64,000 nucleotides of DNA from an uncultured Alphaproteobacteria bacterium (GCA_963791925.1 CAWBUA010000003.1:296604-360603), one strand, 5' to 3'. Positions 20,871-30,377 are shown, numbered from the stretch's first letter. The notes: generated from the sequence alone by a model not told the origin. Made by a program: numbers and translations.

Positions 20871-23075
20871 ATGAGCCGATTGCAACGATTGTTGCTCACC
20901 ACTGCGGCGCTCCTGCCGCTCGGTTTCGCCCCGGCTTTCGCAGGGCCGAATGGCGCTACGGTCGTGGGTGGTGCGGCGACCGTGCAGGGACAGGGGACTG
21001 CGTCGGTCGTCGTCAATCAAACAACTCAGAACGCCATTATCAACTGGAACACGTTTAATATCGGCACTGGAGAGAAAACAGCGATCAATATGCCGGCCGC
21101 GAGTTCGGTCGAACTTGACCGCGTGACCGGCAATCTCGGACCTTCGCAAATTCTCGGTTCGCTTTTCTCTAACGGGCGCGTGTTTCTGGTCAATCCGGAC
21201 GGCATCCTGTTCGGGCAGGGCGCGAAGGTAAACGTCGGCGGCCTGCTGGCGACCACGCATGATATCGCCAACAGCGATTTCATGGCCGGTCGCTACAACT
21301 TTTCAATTCCCGGCATGCCGAACGCCTCCGTCGTCAACGAGGGAAGTATCACGGCGCAGACCGGCGGCTTCGCGGCGCTGGTGGCGCCCGGCGTGCGCAA
21401 CACCGGTATCATCACGGCGAAATTGGGCACCGTTGCGCTCGCGTCCGGCAATGCCTTCACGCTCGATTTCTACGGCGACAATCTCATCAATCTTGGTCTC
21501 AACGATTCCATTGCATCAAGCGTCACGGACGTTTCGACCGGACAGCCGCTCTCTTCGCTCGTAAGCAACGCCGGGACGCTGAAGGCTAATGGCGGGCGCG
21601 TCGAGCTGACCGCTGTGGCGGCCCGCGCGGTGGTTGACTCCGTCATCAACAATACCGGCGTCGTCGAAGCAAACACGATCGGCACCCATAACGGTATGAT
21701 TGTGCTTGGGGCTGCGACCGGAGCAAGCAAGCCGGCGGGGGCGCCGACGCAAACCGTCAAGGTCTCCGGCAAGCTCTCCGCGGCCGGCAAGCGCAAGGGA
21801 ACGGGCGGCACCGTGGTGGTTACGGGCGAGAATGTTCAGCTCAGCGCCGCGAACATCAATGCCTCCGGCCGCAGCGGCGGAGGGGCGGTGCTTATCGGCG
21901 GCGATACCGGCGGCGGCAATCCGAGCACGCTCGCGGCGTCAATTTCTGGAGCCGCGCTTGAGCCCTTCGCAGTGCCCACCGCCACGACGGTTGGCGTTGA
22001 CGCCAACTCCCTCATTAACGCATCGGCGACCGGCCGGGGCAATGGCGGTAAGGTCATCGTCTGGTCGAACGAGGCGACGACATTTTACGGAACCGTTCTC
22101 GCGACAGGTGGAGGTGGCGGCGGCAATGGCGGGTTTGTGGAAACGTCTGGGCATGTACTTGCCTTCAATGGCAAGGTGAATACAGGCGCACCGACCGGCG
22201 CGAAGGGCATGCTTCTGCTTGATCCTATGAACGCGATCATTGCCGCGACCGCCGGAAACGAGGTCATTACGGTCTCGTCGATTGAGAGCGCCCTGGCGAC
22301 AGGCGATGTTCTTGTTACGACCGCGGCGACGACCGGCGGCGAGGCTGGCGATATCTCGGTGGCATCGAGCCTCAGTTGGGCAAACGCCAACACGCTGACG
22401 CTCAACTCTTATCGCGACATCACCATCAATGACGGGGTGACCATTGCGAACACTGGAGCGGGAAACCTGGTGCTACGTGCTGACGCGACCGGCCTAGGCG
22501 TCGGCACGGTCAATTTCCTCGGCACCGGTCAGGTAGATTACTCGCAAAGCATTGGCGGGGTTTCAATTTACTACAACGCTGCGGACAATCCGGCAGGAAG
22601 CATTATCAACGCAACAAGCTACGCGAGCCCAACCGACTACTCACAATATGTGCTGACTAACAGCGCGGTGCCGGGACAGCTCGCGGCGTACATGCTCGTG
22701 AACTCAGTATATGATCTGCAAAATATTCAGAACAATCTGTCCGGCAATTACGCGCTCGGCGCGAATATCGACGCGAGTGGAACGGCGAGTTGGAACGCGG
22801 GTGCCGGGTTTGTGCCGATTGGGAATTCCAGTACACCATTCGTCGGAGCATTCGATGGCCAGGCACATACGATTGACAGTTTGGTAATTAACTCGTCCGC
22901 CCTTTACGTCGGATTATTCGGATATGTTGGAACATCTGGGATCGTTAAAAATCTTGGACTCACTAACGCGTTGATCGACAGCGGGCCAAACACGCTCGCC
23001 GCAGGCGGGATAGCGGGAGCGAATTCGGGACAATCGCAAATTCGTACGTCAGCGCGCCGGGGTCGGTGCCCGTGA
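20871..23075 (+). CDS. TpsA exoprotein, N-terminal segment (TPS secretion domain, beta-helix, first GLUG repeats), truncated by a frameshift
   Basis: Signal peptide followed by the TPS domain NAIINWNTFNIGTGE...VFLVNPDGILFG. Also GGGNGGFVETSG. It ends in out-of-frame junk (SQIRTSARRGRCP) after ...GGIAGANSG. Confidence 0.85.
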   Translation: MSRLQRLLLTTAALLPLGFAPAFAGPNGATVVGGAATVQGQGTASVVVNQTTQNAIINWNTFNIGTGEKTAINMPAASSVELDRVTGNLGPSQILGSLFSNGRVFLVNPDGILFGQGAKVNVGGLLATTHDIANSDFMAGRYNFSIPGMPNASVVNEGSITAQTGGFAALVAPGVRNTGIITAKLGTVALASGNAFTLDFYGDNLINLGLNDSIASSVTDVSTGQPLSSLVSNAGTLKANGGRVELTAVAARAVVDSVINNTGVVEANTIGTHNGMIVLGAATGASKPAGAPTQTVKVSGKLSAAGKRKGTGGTVVVTGENVQLSAANINASGRSGGGAVLIGGDTGGGNPSTLAASISGAALEPFAVPTATTVGVDANSLINASATGRGNGGKVIVWSNEATTFYGTVLATGGGGGGNGGFVETSGHVLAFNGKVNTGAPTGAKGMLLLDPMNAIIAATAGNEVITVSSIESALATGDVLVTTAATTGGEAGDISVASSLSWANANTLTLNSYRDITINDGVTIANTGAGNLVLRADATGLGVGTVNFLGTGQVDYSQSIGGVSIYYNAADNPAGSIINATSYASPTDYSQYVLTNSAVPGQLAAYMLVNSVYDLQNIQNNLSGNYALGANIDASGTASWNAGAGFVPIGNSSTPFVGAFDGQAHTIDSLVINSSALYVGLFGYVGTSGIVKNLGLTNALIDSGPNTLAAGGIAGANSGQSQIRTSARRGRCP

Positions 23076-26000
23076 GTACGGTGGGAACCAGCAACCAAAC
23101 CTACAGTACTTACGTGTTGGGACAATATGCGTATGTGGTCGAAGCCAACGATCTAAAAATCATAAATATCAATAATCCAAACAACCCACAGGTCGTCGGT
23201 TCCTATACGGGACTTTCAGGTGGTTATTCGGTGGTCGTTGTTGGTACCTATGCGTATGTGTCGGACTACGGTGCTGGTCTCAAAATTATAAATATTGGAA
23301 ATCCGGCGGCGCCGTCGTTGGTGGGTACGTTTCCAATTGCGATGAATTCAAACACTTCGATAGCAGTGTCAGGTAACTACGCATACCTCAACGACTATGT
23401 TAATGGCGCGGTGCGCATCGTCGATATAAGCAATCCCGCCAGCCCCAACCTCATTGCAACATACTTGCCGCCTGGTGGATTCCCAGGCTCGGTCGCGGTT
23501 TCAGGGCATTATCTCTACATCGGTGATTTTTCAGGAGCTGTCGAAATCGTCGATGTCTCAAATCCCGCCTCCCCTTCACTGGTGGGAAGTTATTTGGTCA
23601 GTCCGCTTCCTCAGCACCCAGCCGCCGGTACACCCAGTAGCCCTTTAGGGTTTTCTATTTCTGGAAACTATTTGTACGTGGCCGACCAGGGTACGGGGCT
23701 GTACATTCTTAACCTCGCAAACCCCACCTCACCGTCGCTCGTCGGCAGCTACGATCCGGGCGGCAATAGCGGTACTAGCTACACAGGTATTCAAATCGTG
23801 GGAAATTTTGCGTATTTGTCGGACAGCCTGGGAAGCTTAGTAAAGATTAACGTAAGCGATCCCGCGTTGCCGCAACTAGCGGGCGTGGCGGTCACGGGCG
23901 GAACGCCGTGGGATGTTTTCGTTGCAAATGGGTATGCATATGTGTCCGCTCGAAACAGCGGGCTGGAGATTTTCGATATCAACTCAATTGGTCCCGCCAT
24001 TAGCGGTGGTGGAAATTCGGCTGTCGGGGCGCTGGCCGGCAACAATTCTGGGGCGATCGATCAATCGTACGCAAGTGAAGTTGTCAGCGGGTATGTCAGC
24101 GTGGGAGGGCTTATTGGAGCAAACGCGGGAAGCATCTACGGATCATACGCAAGTGCACCGGTGGTCGGATTGGGACCCGTCGGGGGATTAGTCGGAAGTA
24201 ATTCAAATGCAATTTCGCAATCCTATGCGAGCGGCTCGGTCAATGGGACTACCACCGCGGGCGGACTGGTCGGAGACAATTCCGGTCCTATTTCTCAGGC
24301 GTTTGCCACTGGGAACGTATTCGGCTCAACCGCAGGGGGATTGATTGGTTCGAACGACGAATTGGGCGTGATCGCGCAAGACTTTGCGATCGGTGTGGTC
24401 GACGGCTATCAGTATACTGGCGGTCTGGTGGGTTCAAATTTGGGTCTAATTGAAGGGTCGTATGCGACTGGTGCCATTTTGGGAAATAACGACCTCGGAG
24501 GGCTGGTTGGAATAAACCTTGGAATAAACTACTCATTTACTGGAACAATTACGAATTCGTTTGCGACCGGCCCAATCCAATCCGTAGGGTACAACGTGGG
24601 AGGATTGGTCGGGGAAAACGACGGAACAATTTTTCAATCGTATGCCACAGGTGAAATAGTACAGGGCGGCGTGAATTCTGCTGGGGGCCTGGTGGGAACA
24701 AATTTTGGTTCTATCGATCAATCATACGCCAGCGGTACGGTCACCGGCGTAACAGACCTCGGTGGGCTGGTCGGACACAATAATAACGGATTGATAAGCA
24801 ACTCCTATGCGACCGGCTCTTTGGTTGATCCATACGGATTCTATCAAAATATCGGTGGGCTGGTCGGCTATGACGGCGGCAGCGTTACAGGGTCTTACTC
24901 GACGGGAGTGGTACCGGGAACAGGCAATGTTGGGGGATTGATTGGGGGCGGTGGTGGCGGACAAACAAACAATTCGTATTGGGATGTCTTGACTTCAGGA
25001 CAACCGAACAGCTTCGGTGGTAGTCCATCGCCGCCCGCACTGCTGAAGGGGGTGATCCCTGCGGGTTTCGATCAAACAATTTGGGCAATCGATGCTAACA
25101 CGAATTACGGCTACCCTTATCTACAATGGCAGCTGACGAACACAACTCAACCGCAGCTCGCGGGCTCATTGCCGACATGGTTCAGCAATTCGGTGTGGGG
25201 AAGCAATCCAAGCATCAATAACGGCTATCCCTATCTGCTGTGGCAGGTTGCGAGCACATCGCCGACAGCGCCAACGATTTTGACGCCGACAGCGGGATTA
25301 TCCCTGACACCACCTCCTCCGCCTCCACTATCTACGACAACGACCACCACGCAGAGCTTGCCGCCGGCACAGAATCAAATAAATCCGACGCAGTCGAATA
25401 CACAGGCGGCCGAATCGACGCCGCCGGTGATTGTCACACCGATTTGGAATGCGCCTCCAACCAACAACAATCTGATTCCTAACAGTTACATGTGGACCGG
25501 ACTTCTAGGCCCGATTACACCTGGAGAGCTTCTAAATAGGTCCAAGCCTCTCATTGATATAATAAATCAGTGGTGGACCAACACTGGAACTTACCAGGAT
25601 TGGACGTTCTTTGCAAAACAAATGGGCTATACCGATTTGGAGATTGCACTACTGAAACTCACTGGCTTTCAGGCTGCCGTCTACCTTACTCCGACAGGAC
25701 AACCTGTTCTCGTGTTTCAGTCAACAAAACCATGGTATCCGGCAGACTTAGCGACAGATGCCTTGAACGATCTATACGCTAAGATGGATATTCCGGATGA
25801 CGTGGCGCCCCAATACGGGTTCGCGGCTCTTTTAGCCGCTCAAGCGGAAAAGGACTATCCGTTTGGCAATCTTCTCCTGACGGGATTTTCGCTCGGCGGC
25901 GGGCTTGCCGCATATGCAGGCTCTATGGACAAGATACCCGCGGTAACGTTCGATCCGGCTGGGCTTACTCAAAGCTCTAATTACAATTCTCAATATGTTC

Positions 26001-26251
26001 TGAATTTTCAGCTCAACGGAGATCCCGCTCAAGCAGGGGGTAGTCTAATCGGCACGACAATTCAATTCGGGCAACAAACTTCAGAAGAAGCTCTTTCAGC
26101 TGTGGGAGTGCCAAGTGGAACCCCGAGCAGTTCCTTTTCGGCTCACGGCAAAGCGATGAATGCATTCAATTATCTAGCCACCACCTCCAACCTTGCAATT
26201 ATGAGCAGTACAAGCACCTCTGATACTCAGGTGTACGCTGTGGGGCCTTAG
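23066..26251 (+). CDS. TpsA exoprotein, C-terminal segment (LVIVD beta-propeller repeats, GLUG repeats, Pro/Thr linker, lipase-like alpha/beta-hydrolase end)
   Basis: About 7 repeats of the type G.YAYV.D...GL.I.D.SNP..P.LVG. Many GGLVG.N.G.I..SYA.G (GLUG) repeats. The linker is PPPPPPLSTTTTTTQ. The C-terminal domain has the GFSLGGGLAAYAG (GxSxG) nucleophile elbow. The reading frame continues upstream to about 23030 (TIANSYVSAPGS), joining the previous ORF. Confidence 0.8.
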   Translation: MPVSTVGTSNQTYSTYVLGQYAYVVEANDLKIININNPNNPQVVGSYTGLSGGYSVVVVGTYAYVSDYGAGLKIINIGNPAAPSLVGTFPIAMNSNTSIAVSGNYAYLNDYVNGAVRIVDISNPASPNLIATYLPPGGFPGSVAVSGHYLYIGDFSGAVEIVDVSNPASPSLVGSYLVSPLPQHPAAGTPSSPLGFSISGNYLYVADQGTGLYILNLANPTSPSLVGSYDPGGNSGTSYTGIQIVGNFAYLSDSLGSLVKINVSDPALPQLAGVAVTGGTPWDVFVANGYAYVSARNSGLEIFDINSIGPAISGGGNSAVGALAGNNSGAIDQSYASEVVSGYVSVGGLIGANAGSIYGSYASAPVVGLGPVGGLVGSNSNAISQSYASGSVNGTTTAGGLVGDNSGPISQAFATGNVFGSTAGGLIGSNDELGVIAQDFAIGVVDGYQYTGGLVGSNLGLIEGSYATGAILGNNDLGGLVGINLGINYSFTGTITNSFATGPIQSVGYNVGGLVGENDGTIFQSYATGEIVQGGVNSAGGLVGTNFGSIDQSYASGTVTGVTDLGGLVGHNNNGLISNSYATGSLVDPYGFYQNIGGLVGYDGGSVTGSYSTGVVPGTGNVGGLIGGGGGGQTNNSYWDVLTSGQPNSFGGSPSPPALLKGVIPAGFDQTIWAIDANTNYGYPYLQWQLTNTTQPQLAGSLPTWFSNSVWGSNPSINNGYPYLLWQVASTSPTAPTILTPTAGLSLTPPPPPPLSTTTTTTQSLPPAQNQINPTQSNTQAAESTPPVIVTPIWNAPPTNNNLIPNSYMWTGLLGPITPGELLNRSKPLIDIINQWWTNTGTYQDWTFFAKQMGYTDLEIALLKLTGFQAAVYLTPTGQPVLVFQSTKPWYPADLATDALNDLYAKMDIPDDVAPQYGFAALLAAQAEKDYPFGNLLLTGFSLGGGLAAYAGSMDKIPAVTFDPAGLTQSSNYNSQYVLNFQLNGDPAQAGGSLIGTTIQFGQQTSEEALSAVGVPSGTPSSSFSAHGKAMNAFNYLATTSNLAIMSSTSTSDTQVYAVGP

Positions 26252-26520
26252 TGACTTCTTTGCGCTGAAGCGCCCCAACCTATTGCGCCTAAAACAAGCA
26301 TAAAAAAGCCCGCCGTGAAGCCGGGGATAAAGACGAATATCGCGTCGGCACACCCGACGGTATTGCCATTCAGTTGACAATAGATAATGCCGAATACCCA
26401 CGGCCCAACCAATAATATCCCACCCAGGATCATAGTGTAAAAGCAGATGCGGTTGAAGATGTATTTCCTTTTCTTTGAGGATGATGGCTGCACGAGTTCT
26501 TTTTGTTCGCTAGTGTCCAT
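26248..26520 (-). CDS. Small membrane protein, hypothetical (convergent with tpsA)
   Basis: 90 aa with two to three hydrophobic helices (FYTMILGGILLVGPWVFGIIY, IFVFIPGFTAGFFMLVLGAIGWG). Low GC like the tpsA 3' part. Confidence 0.45.
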   Translation of the reverse strand: MDTSEQKELVQPSSSKKRKYIFNRICFYTMILGGILLVGPWVFGIIYCQLNGNTVGCADAIFVFIPGFTAGFFMLVLGAIGWGASAQRSH

Positions 26521-26866
26521 ACCGAAATCATAGCATACATTCTGAAATGCTTGGTCTTCGCGAAATCAAGTGAGTGGTTTCGGGATTGAACTCGGTGAGA
26601 AAGCCGAACGGCCGGCGCGCCAATTCAGTAGAGCGAATTTGCGATTGAAAAGCCCCGCACACCGGTGAAGGTGGCGGGGCTGAGTTCGCAGCGTTGCTCG
26701 GGCGCGAAGTTCAGAGAGTTGCTTAACGGCCCACGGCTGCTTCAAACGGATGGATTTTAAAAAGAAAGCTTCGCACTAATGCGGGGTCGCTTCGGCACAC
26801 AGGGGTCCACTAGGATGCGTCGCCTCAATGAGCACGCGCACTCCCCCTCGCCGTTCGCGCCGAAAG

Positions 26867-27052
26867 CTAGTCTTTGAAAAGAAGGAGTTCCGTATAGCGA
26901 CCCTCGACGCTCCGTTGAGAGGCAGGTCGAGTGTCTTCCTTCAATTCGAACAGGGTCAACAGTGGCTTTCGTGCTGCTTGGATTTGTTCACGCCGCAGGC
27001 GCCGAATTTCCTTCCAGTCGTACTGCTTGCCATCGATAACGATAGTGCGCAT
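26867..27052 (-). CDS. Hypothetical small protein (61 aa)
   Basis: ATG at 27052 lies 2 nt after the stop of the DUF3768 gene (MRTIVIDGKQYDWKEIRRLRREQIQ...). Supported by position only. Confidence 0.35.
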   Translation of the reverse strand: MRTIVIDGKQYDWKEIRRLRREQIQAARKPLLTLFELKEDTRPASQRSVEGRYTELLLFKD

Positions 27053-27054
27053 GC

Positions 27055-27396
27055 TCAATACTCGCTGGCATGCATGATGGTGAGGACCCGGCGGGTCTTG
27101 TCGGCATCCTCTGGTACTTCCGATCCCATGCGAAGGTCCAGCGCGTAGTAATCGAACTTCCAAAACCATTTTTGGTCGTGTAGGTCGATCGATCCGAAAT
27201 CGTGTTCATGGTGCGGATCGTTGTCGGCGTCAAATCGATCAAATTGCCGAACCGCGCTGAGGAGCTGGGCCTTTTTGTCATCATTCAGCTCCTGGACGGC
27301 AGGGGTGATCATGACCGCGCAGCCGGTGAAGGTGCGCCGAGCAAGATCGTTGAGCGTGCGTATGCGGTCGCGTTTAGAAGGAACAGCGGTGTCCAT
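27055..27396 (-). CDS. DUF3768 family protein (plasmid/ICE-associated)
   Basis: RIRTLNDLARRTFTG...DNDPHHEHDFGSIDLHDQKWFWKFDYY...TRRVLTIMHASEY matches the conserved DUF3768 pattern (DPxGEHDFG...FWKIDYY...RVLTIMLAxEY). Confidence 0.7.
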   Translation of the reverse strand: MDTAVPSKRDRIRTLNDLARRTFTGCAVMITPAVQELNDDKKAQLLSAVRQFDRFDADNDPHHEHDFGSIDLHDQKWFWKFDYYALDLRMGSEVPEDADKTRRVLTIMHASEY

Positions 27397-27619
27397 GCGA
27401 ACCTCCGTGTTTGGACAGTCCGCACTTCATTATGAGGGCAAATCAAAGTCGGCCGGGCGGAGGATGGGGATTGCGCTGCCAAGGTCGCTGCGTACAGAAG
27501 TGAAATAGTCGTCAAAAAAATATCTGTGTGTCGAGGATGACAGTGTCGCACGATGGGCAACAGCGAACAACGGCAAGTCAGTATACGGGCAACTTTCAAA
27601 CAGCTGTGACCACCGCTAT

Positions 27620-27887
27620 ATGATGCGCATGAGCTACGTGGTCCACAAAAAAGTGAAGGGGCGCTTGTACGCATATCTCCAGCGCTCATATCGGGTAGGC
27701 AAGAGGGTGAAGACGGAAAGCGTCTACCTCGGTGCAGCCGAACGTATGGCGATGGCCACCTTGGAGCGGGAGAACAAGGCGCTCGACGAGTGGCAGCGTA
27801 AGACATTTGGGATGACTGGCCGCGAGCGGCAAGAACACGAAGCGCAGACGACAAAATTCTCGCAAGATAAGTTTTTGAACGACACGC
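27620..27887 (+). pseudogene. Hypothetical gene interrupted near its 3' end by the IS256-family element
   Basis: Removing 27888-29326 (the IS plus one TSD copy) joins ...KFLNDT to QQGSDKEKPSEEG-stop (29327-29367) in frame, giving a 102-aa ORF. Confidence 0.55.
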
Positions 27888-29318
27888 GGTGCCGTCCGGA
27901 ATGCGGTTGGAATTCGGTGTGGCGCATTCTCCGGTAACATGAAGGTATCGTTTCAGGCTGCAAGGTCAATCGGCTGATCGATGGGCTTTGTAGCGAGCGT
28001 CTGCCAACCATCAACCTTGCGCATGTTGATCTGTCCTGAGGCGAGCAGCGCCCAGAACAGCATGGCAGCGGTGTCGGCGGATGGCAGAACAGTTTGGGTC
28101 TTGATCCGCCGCTTGAATTCCTCGTGCAATCGCTCGATGGCATTTGTGGTGCGTAAGCTGCGCCATTGGCTCGGAGGCAGGCGGGTGAAGGTGAACAAGC
28201 GTTCTCCGGCCTCCTCCAGGCTGTCGGCGACAGCGCGATGCTTGAGCCTCCATTTGCGGATGAAAGCCTTGCGGCGGATCTCTATCTCCTCAGGTGTCGC
28301 CGCGTAGATCATGTCGTTGTAATCCGCGGTGATCTCGTCATGCAGTCGCTCGGGGGCATGCGCGAACAGGTTTCTGTGCTTATGAACCGTGCAGCGCTGG
28401 ACCGGCACGCCATCCCAGACAGAGGCAATGGCCTTGTCGAGTCCTGGCGCACCGTCGACAATAAGGAACTCGGGTCGCCGCAGCCCGCGCTTGATAAGAT
28501 CGTCGAGGACAGTGCGCCAGGCCTCGGTGCTCTCGCCGCCCATGCTCTTGATCGCGAGCAGCACCTTCTGGCCGTCCGCGCGCACACCGAGAACGACCAG
28601 CAGCGAGATGGCAGTCGCTTTGCGATCGAGCCGCACACGAACGACGGTGCCGTCGAGGATCAGGCGCACAATCGGCTCCTCGGCCAGCGAGCGGGTGTTC
28701 CAGGCGTCCCAGTCGCTCTTTACCTTGCGCCATGTCCGGCTCACCGTGTCCTTGCCGACCGTTCCGCCGAACAAGGCCGCCAGCGCGCGACGCACCCGCC
28801 TTGTATTGGTGCCGGCGAGATACGTGCTCGCGATCAGGGCGTCGGCGGCAAGCGTGCGCCGCTGATAGGCCCGCAGCGCCTGACTTTTCCATTCCGCCGT
28901 CTTGCCCTCGGAAGTGGTCAGCCGGGCGCGCGGCACCGCAATCTCGATCGGCCCGAACGTGCCTGTCAGCGACCGCGTCCGGCTGCCGTGACGGTGACCC
29001 GCAACGCCGGCTCTTCCTTCATTGCCGGCCATCTGGCTTCGTCCGTAACGCGGCCGTGCCAGCAGAGCGTCGAGCTCGCCGCGGATCAACTCTTCGACGA
29101 ACTCACGCGCTCGAGCCCGCACCTCGGTCTCGATCGGATCAAACCAATTGTCGAAAAGATCAACAGCCATTTTGGCCGCAGGCTGCAAAGAATCAGGCTT
29201 CGTGGTATTGCTCGTCATGGCGTGGTCTCCAGTCCGACGCTTCAACGCCGGATGATTCGAGGTTGAACACCCCGGAGACTACGCCACCCTCAATTCCTAC
29301 CAACTCCGCGACGGCACC
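27888..29318. mobile_element. IS256-family insertion sequence (1431 bp) with 8-bp target-site duplication
   Basis: Perfect 9-bp termini GGTGCCGTC/GACGGCACC within imperfect inverted repeats of about 45 bp. Flanked by direct CGACACGC at 27880-27887 and 29319-29326. Carries one Mutator-type transposase gene. Confidence 0.85.
27953..29218 (-). CDS. IS256-family (Mutator-type) transposase
   Basis: The translation has the layout I recognise for IS256-family transposases (ELIRGELDALLARPRYGR, LILDGTVVRV, LIVDGAPGLDKAI, QRCTVHKHRNL, ERLHEEFKRRIK). ATG at 29218; the long ORF starts at 29245. Confidence 0.9.
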   Translation of the reverse strand: MTSNTTKPDSLQPAAKMAVDLFDNWFDPIETEVRARAREFVEELIRGELDALLARPRYGRSQMAGNEGRAGVAGHRHGSRTRSLTGTFGPIEIAVPRARLTTSEGKTAEWKSQALRAYQRRTLAADALIASTYLAGTNTRRVRRALAALFGGTVGKDTVSRTWRKVKSDWDAWNTRSLAEEPIVRLILDGTVVRVRLDRKATAISLLVVLGVRADGQKVLLAIKSMGGESTEAWRTVLDDLIKRGLRRPEFLIVDGAPGLDKAIASVWDGVPVQRCTVHKHRNLFAHAPERLHDEITADYNDMIYAATPEEIEIRRKAFIRKWRLKHRAVADSLEEAGERLFTFTRLPPSQWRSLRTTNAIERLHEEFKRRIKTQTVLPSADTAAMLFWALLASGQINMRKVDGWQTLATKPIDQPIDLAA

Positions 29319-29363
29319 CGACACGCAACAGGGCAGTGACAAAGAAAAGCCCTCCGAAGAGGG

Positions 29364-29963
29364 CTAGGCACGCTTTTTGAAGGGCACCACGGCGGAGGCC
29401 AACCATTTCGGCGGCAAAACCAGTTGCCCTTCCTTGCTGGCAACGAATCCGCTCAATGAGCCATCGGGATTGCGCACCGGAAAGTAGACGGCCTTGCGCT
29501 GTGCATGCCATCCGATGCCGAGACGCTCGGCGTCTGCCTGTGAGATTCCGAGAGCTTCCACTTCGGGCGAGTACGCAAGCTTCGCCGCAAACGCATCGGG
29601 GTCGAATGCCCGCTCGGGCTTGGTGGGGCTGGGTTGGGATTTCGCCGTCCTAGCCTCCCGTCTTGGTGGAGTTGTTGCAGTCGTTCCAGCCGCCTGAGCG
29701 GTCTGGAACTGTTCCTGCAAAACGAGAGCTGCTTTGTACATGCCGGTGCCGTTAACATGCGCATACAGGCTGATGCAGTCGCCGCTGATGTCTGCGGAGT
29801 GACAGCAAAACGAGTTGGTCTCGGGGTAGAGCTGGATGGCACGCTCGCTGTCGCAGACCGAACAATCTGCGCGGCCTTTAACGGCCTTGAGCTTGAGAAA
29901 GTCGGCTACGTCGGCGATGTCGATTTCCGTCGCGAGCTGCTTAAAGTCCACCTTGTAGGGCAC
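29364..29963 (-). CDS. Putative zinc-ribbon protein (primase-type zinc-finger-like)
   Basis: Cys cluster CSVCDSERAIQLYPETNSFCCHSADISGDCISL near the N-terminus, then a Pro/Thr/Ala-rich linker and a C-terminal domain. The family assignment is tentative. Confidence 0.4.
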   Translation of the reverse strand: MPYKVDFKQLATEIDIADVADFLKLKAVKGRADCSVCDSERAIQLYPETNSFCCHSADISGDCISLYAHVNGTGMYKAALVLQEQFQTAQAAGTTATTPPRREARTAKSQPSPTKPERAFDPDAFAAKLAYSPEVEALGISQADAERLGIGWHAQRKAVYFPVRNPDGSLSGFVASKEGQLVLPPKWLASAVVPFKKRA

Positions 29964-30128
29964 GGATGCCTCCTGTTCATAGTGAGAAGGGACGGTCCGT
30001 GACTAATGGTAACATGGAGGGAGAAGCTCACTTGGAGCGTGGGGAGGAGCGTTCGCGGATAGGTGACCATTTGGGTGGCCAGCTCCAAACTTCCTCCCCG
30101 CGCTTCAAACAACAGCGGGAGAAAGGAA

Positions 30129-30377
30129 ATGCGTATGAGCATTTCTGAGAGAGCGACCGCTCGCCGCCCGAAGCGGGCAGAGCGTCCAAAGCCTGATTAC
30201 ATTGCCCGGGCCAAGGTTGGCAACGGTTGGGTTTCAGTCGGGGCGGCCTGGCCGCTGCGAAGCGGCGAGGACGGCTTCAGCGTGAAGCTGACCACCATCC
30301 CGCTGAACTGGGACGGACGCTTTGTGTTGTTGCCGCTGCTGGAAAACGGCGATGAACCGGTTCCGACCGAGGAATAA
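30129..30377 (+). CDS. DUF736-like small protein (ICE/plasmid-associated)
   Basis: 82 aa. PDYIARAKVGNGWVSVGAAWPLRSGEDGFSVKLTTIP resembles the PDYRI...IGAAWKK.S..G..YLSVKLDDP core of DUF736. RBS-like GAGAAAGGAA precedes the ATG. Confidence 0.45.
   Translation: MRMSISERATARRPKRAERPKPDYIARAKVGNGWVSVGAAWPLRSGEDGFSVKLTTIPLNWDGRFVLLPLLENGDEPVPTEE

Noticed and set aside
24000-25000. Highly repetitive region that could be mistaken for a CRISPR-like or other DNA repeat array
   Set aside because: The periodicity is at the protein level (GLUG repeats GGLVG.N.G.I..SYA.G of variable length within one long ORF). There are no identical direct DNA repeats with unique spacers. I saw no CRISPR array anywhere in the window.
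18581-26251. Prophage interpretation based on the S74 tail-fibre chaperone domain and integrases
   Set aside because: No capsid, portal, terminase, tail or lysis genes are recognisable anywhere in the island. The S74 domain occurs here in a tiny stand-alone secreted protein.
26640-26685. Hairpin GCCCCGC...GCGGGGC with a T-run on the minus strand, a possible terminator
   Set aside because: It lies about 190 nt downstream of the nearest minus-strand ORF end (26867), and the stem is imperfect. The support is too weak to list as a feature.
27309-27854. 181-aa minus-strand ORF spanning the DUF3768 upstream region
   Set aside because: It overlaps the 5' end of the DUF3768 gene and the plus-strand 27620.. 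ORF. It has Ser/Arg/Cys-rich composition and no motifs.
28166-29266. 366-aa plus-strand ORF inside the IS256 element
   Set aside because: It lies antisense to the recognisable Mutator-type transposase. Only its last 14 codons (29327-29367) are meaningful, as the displaced 3' end of the interrupted host ORF.
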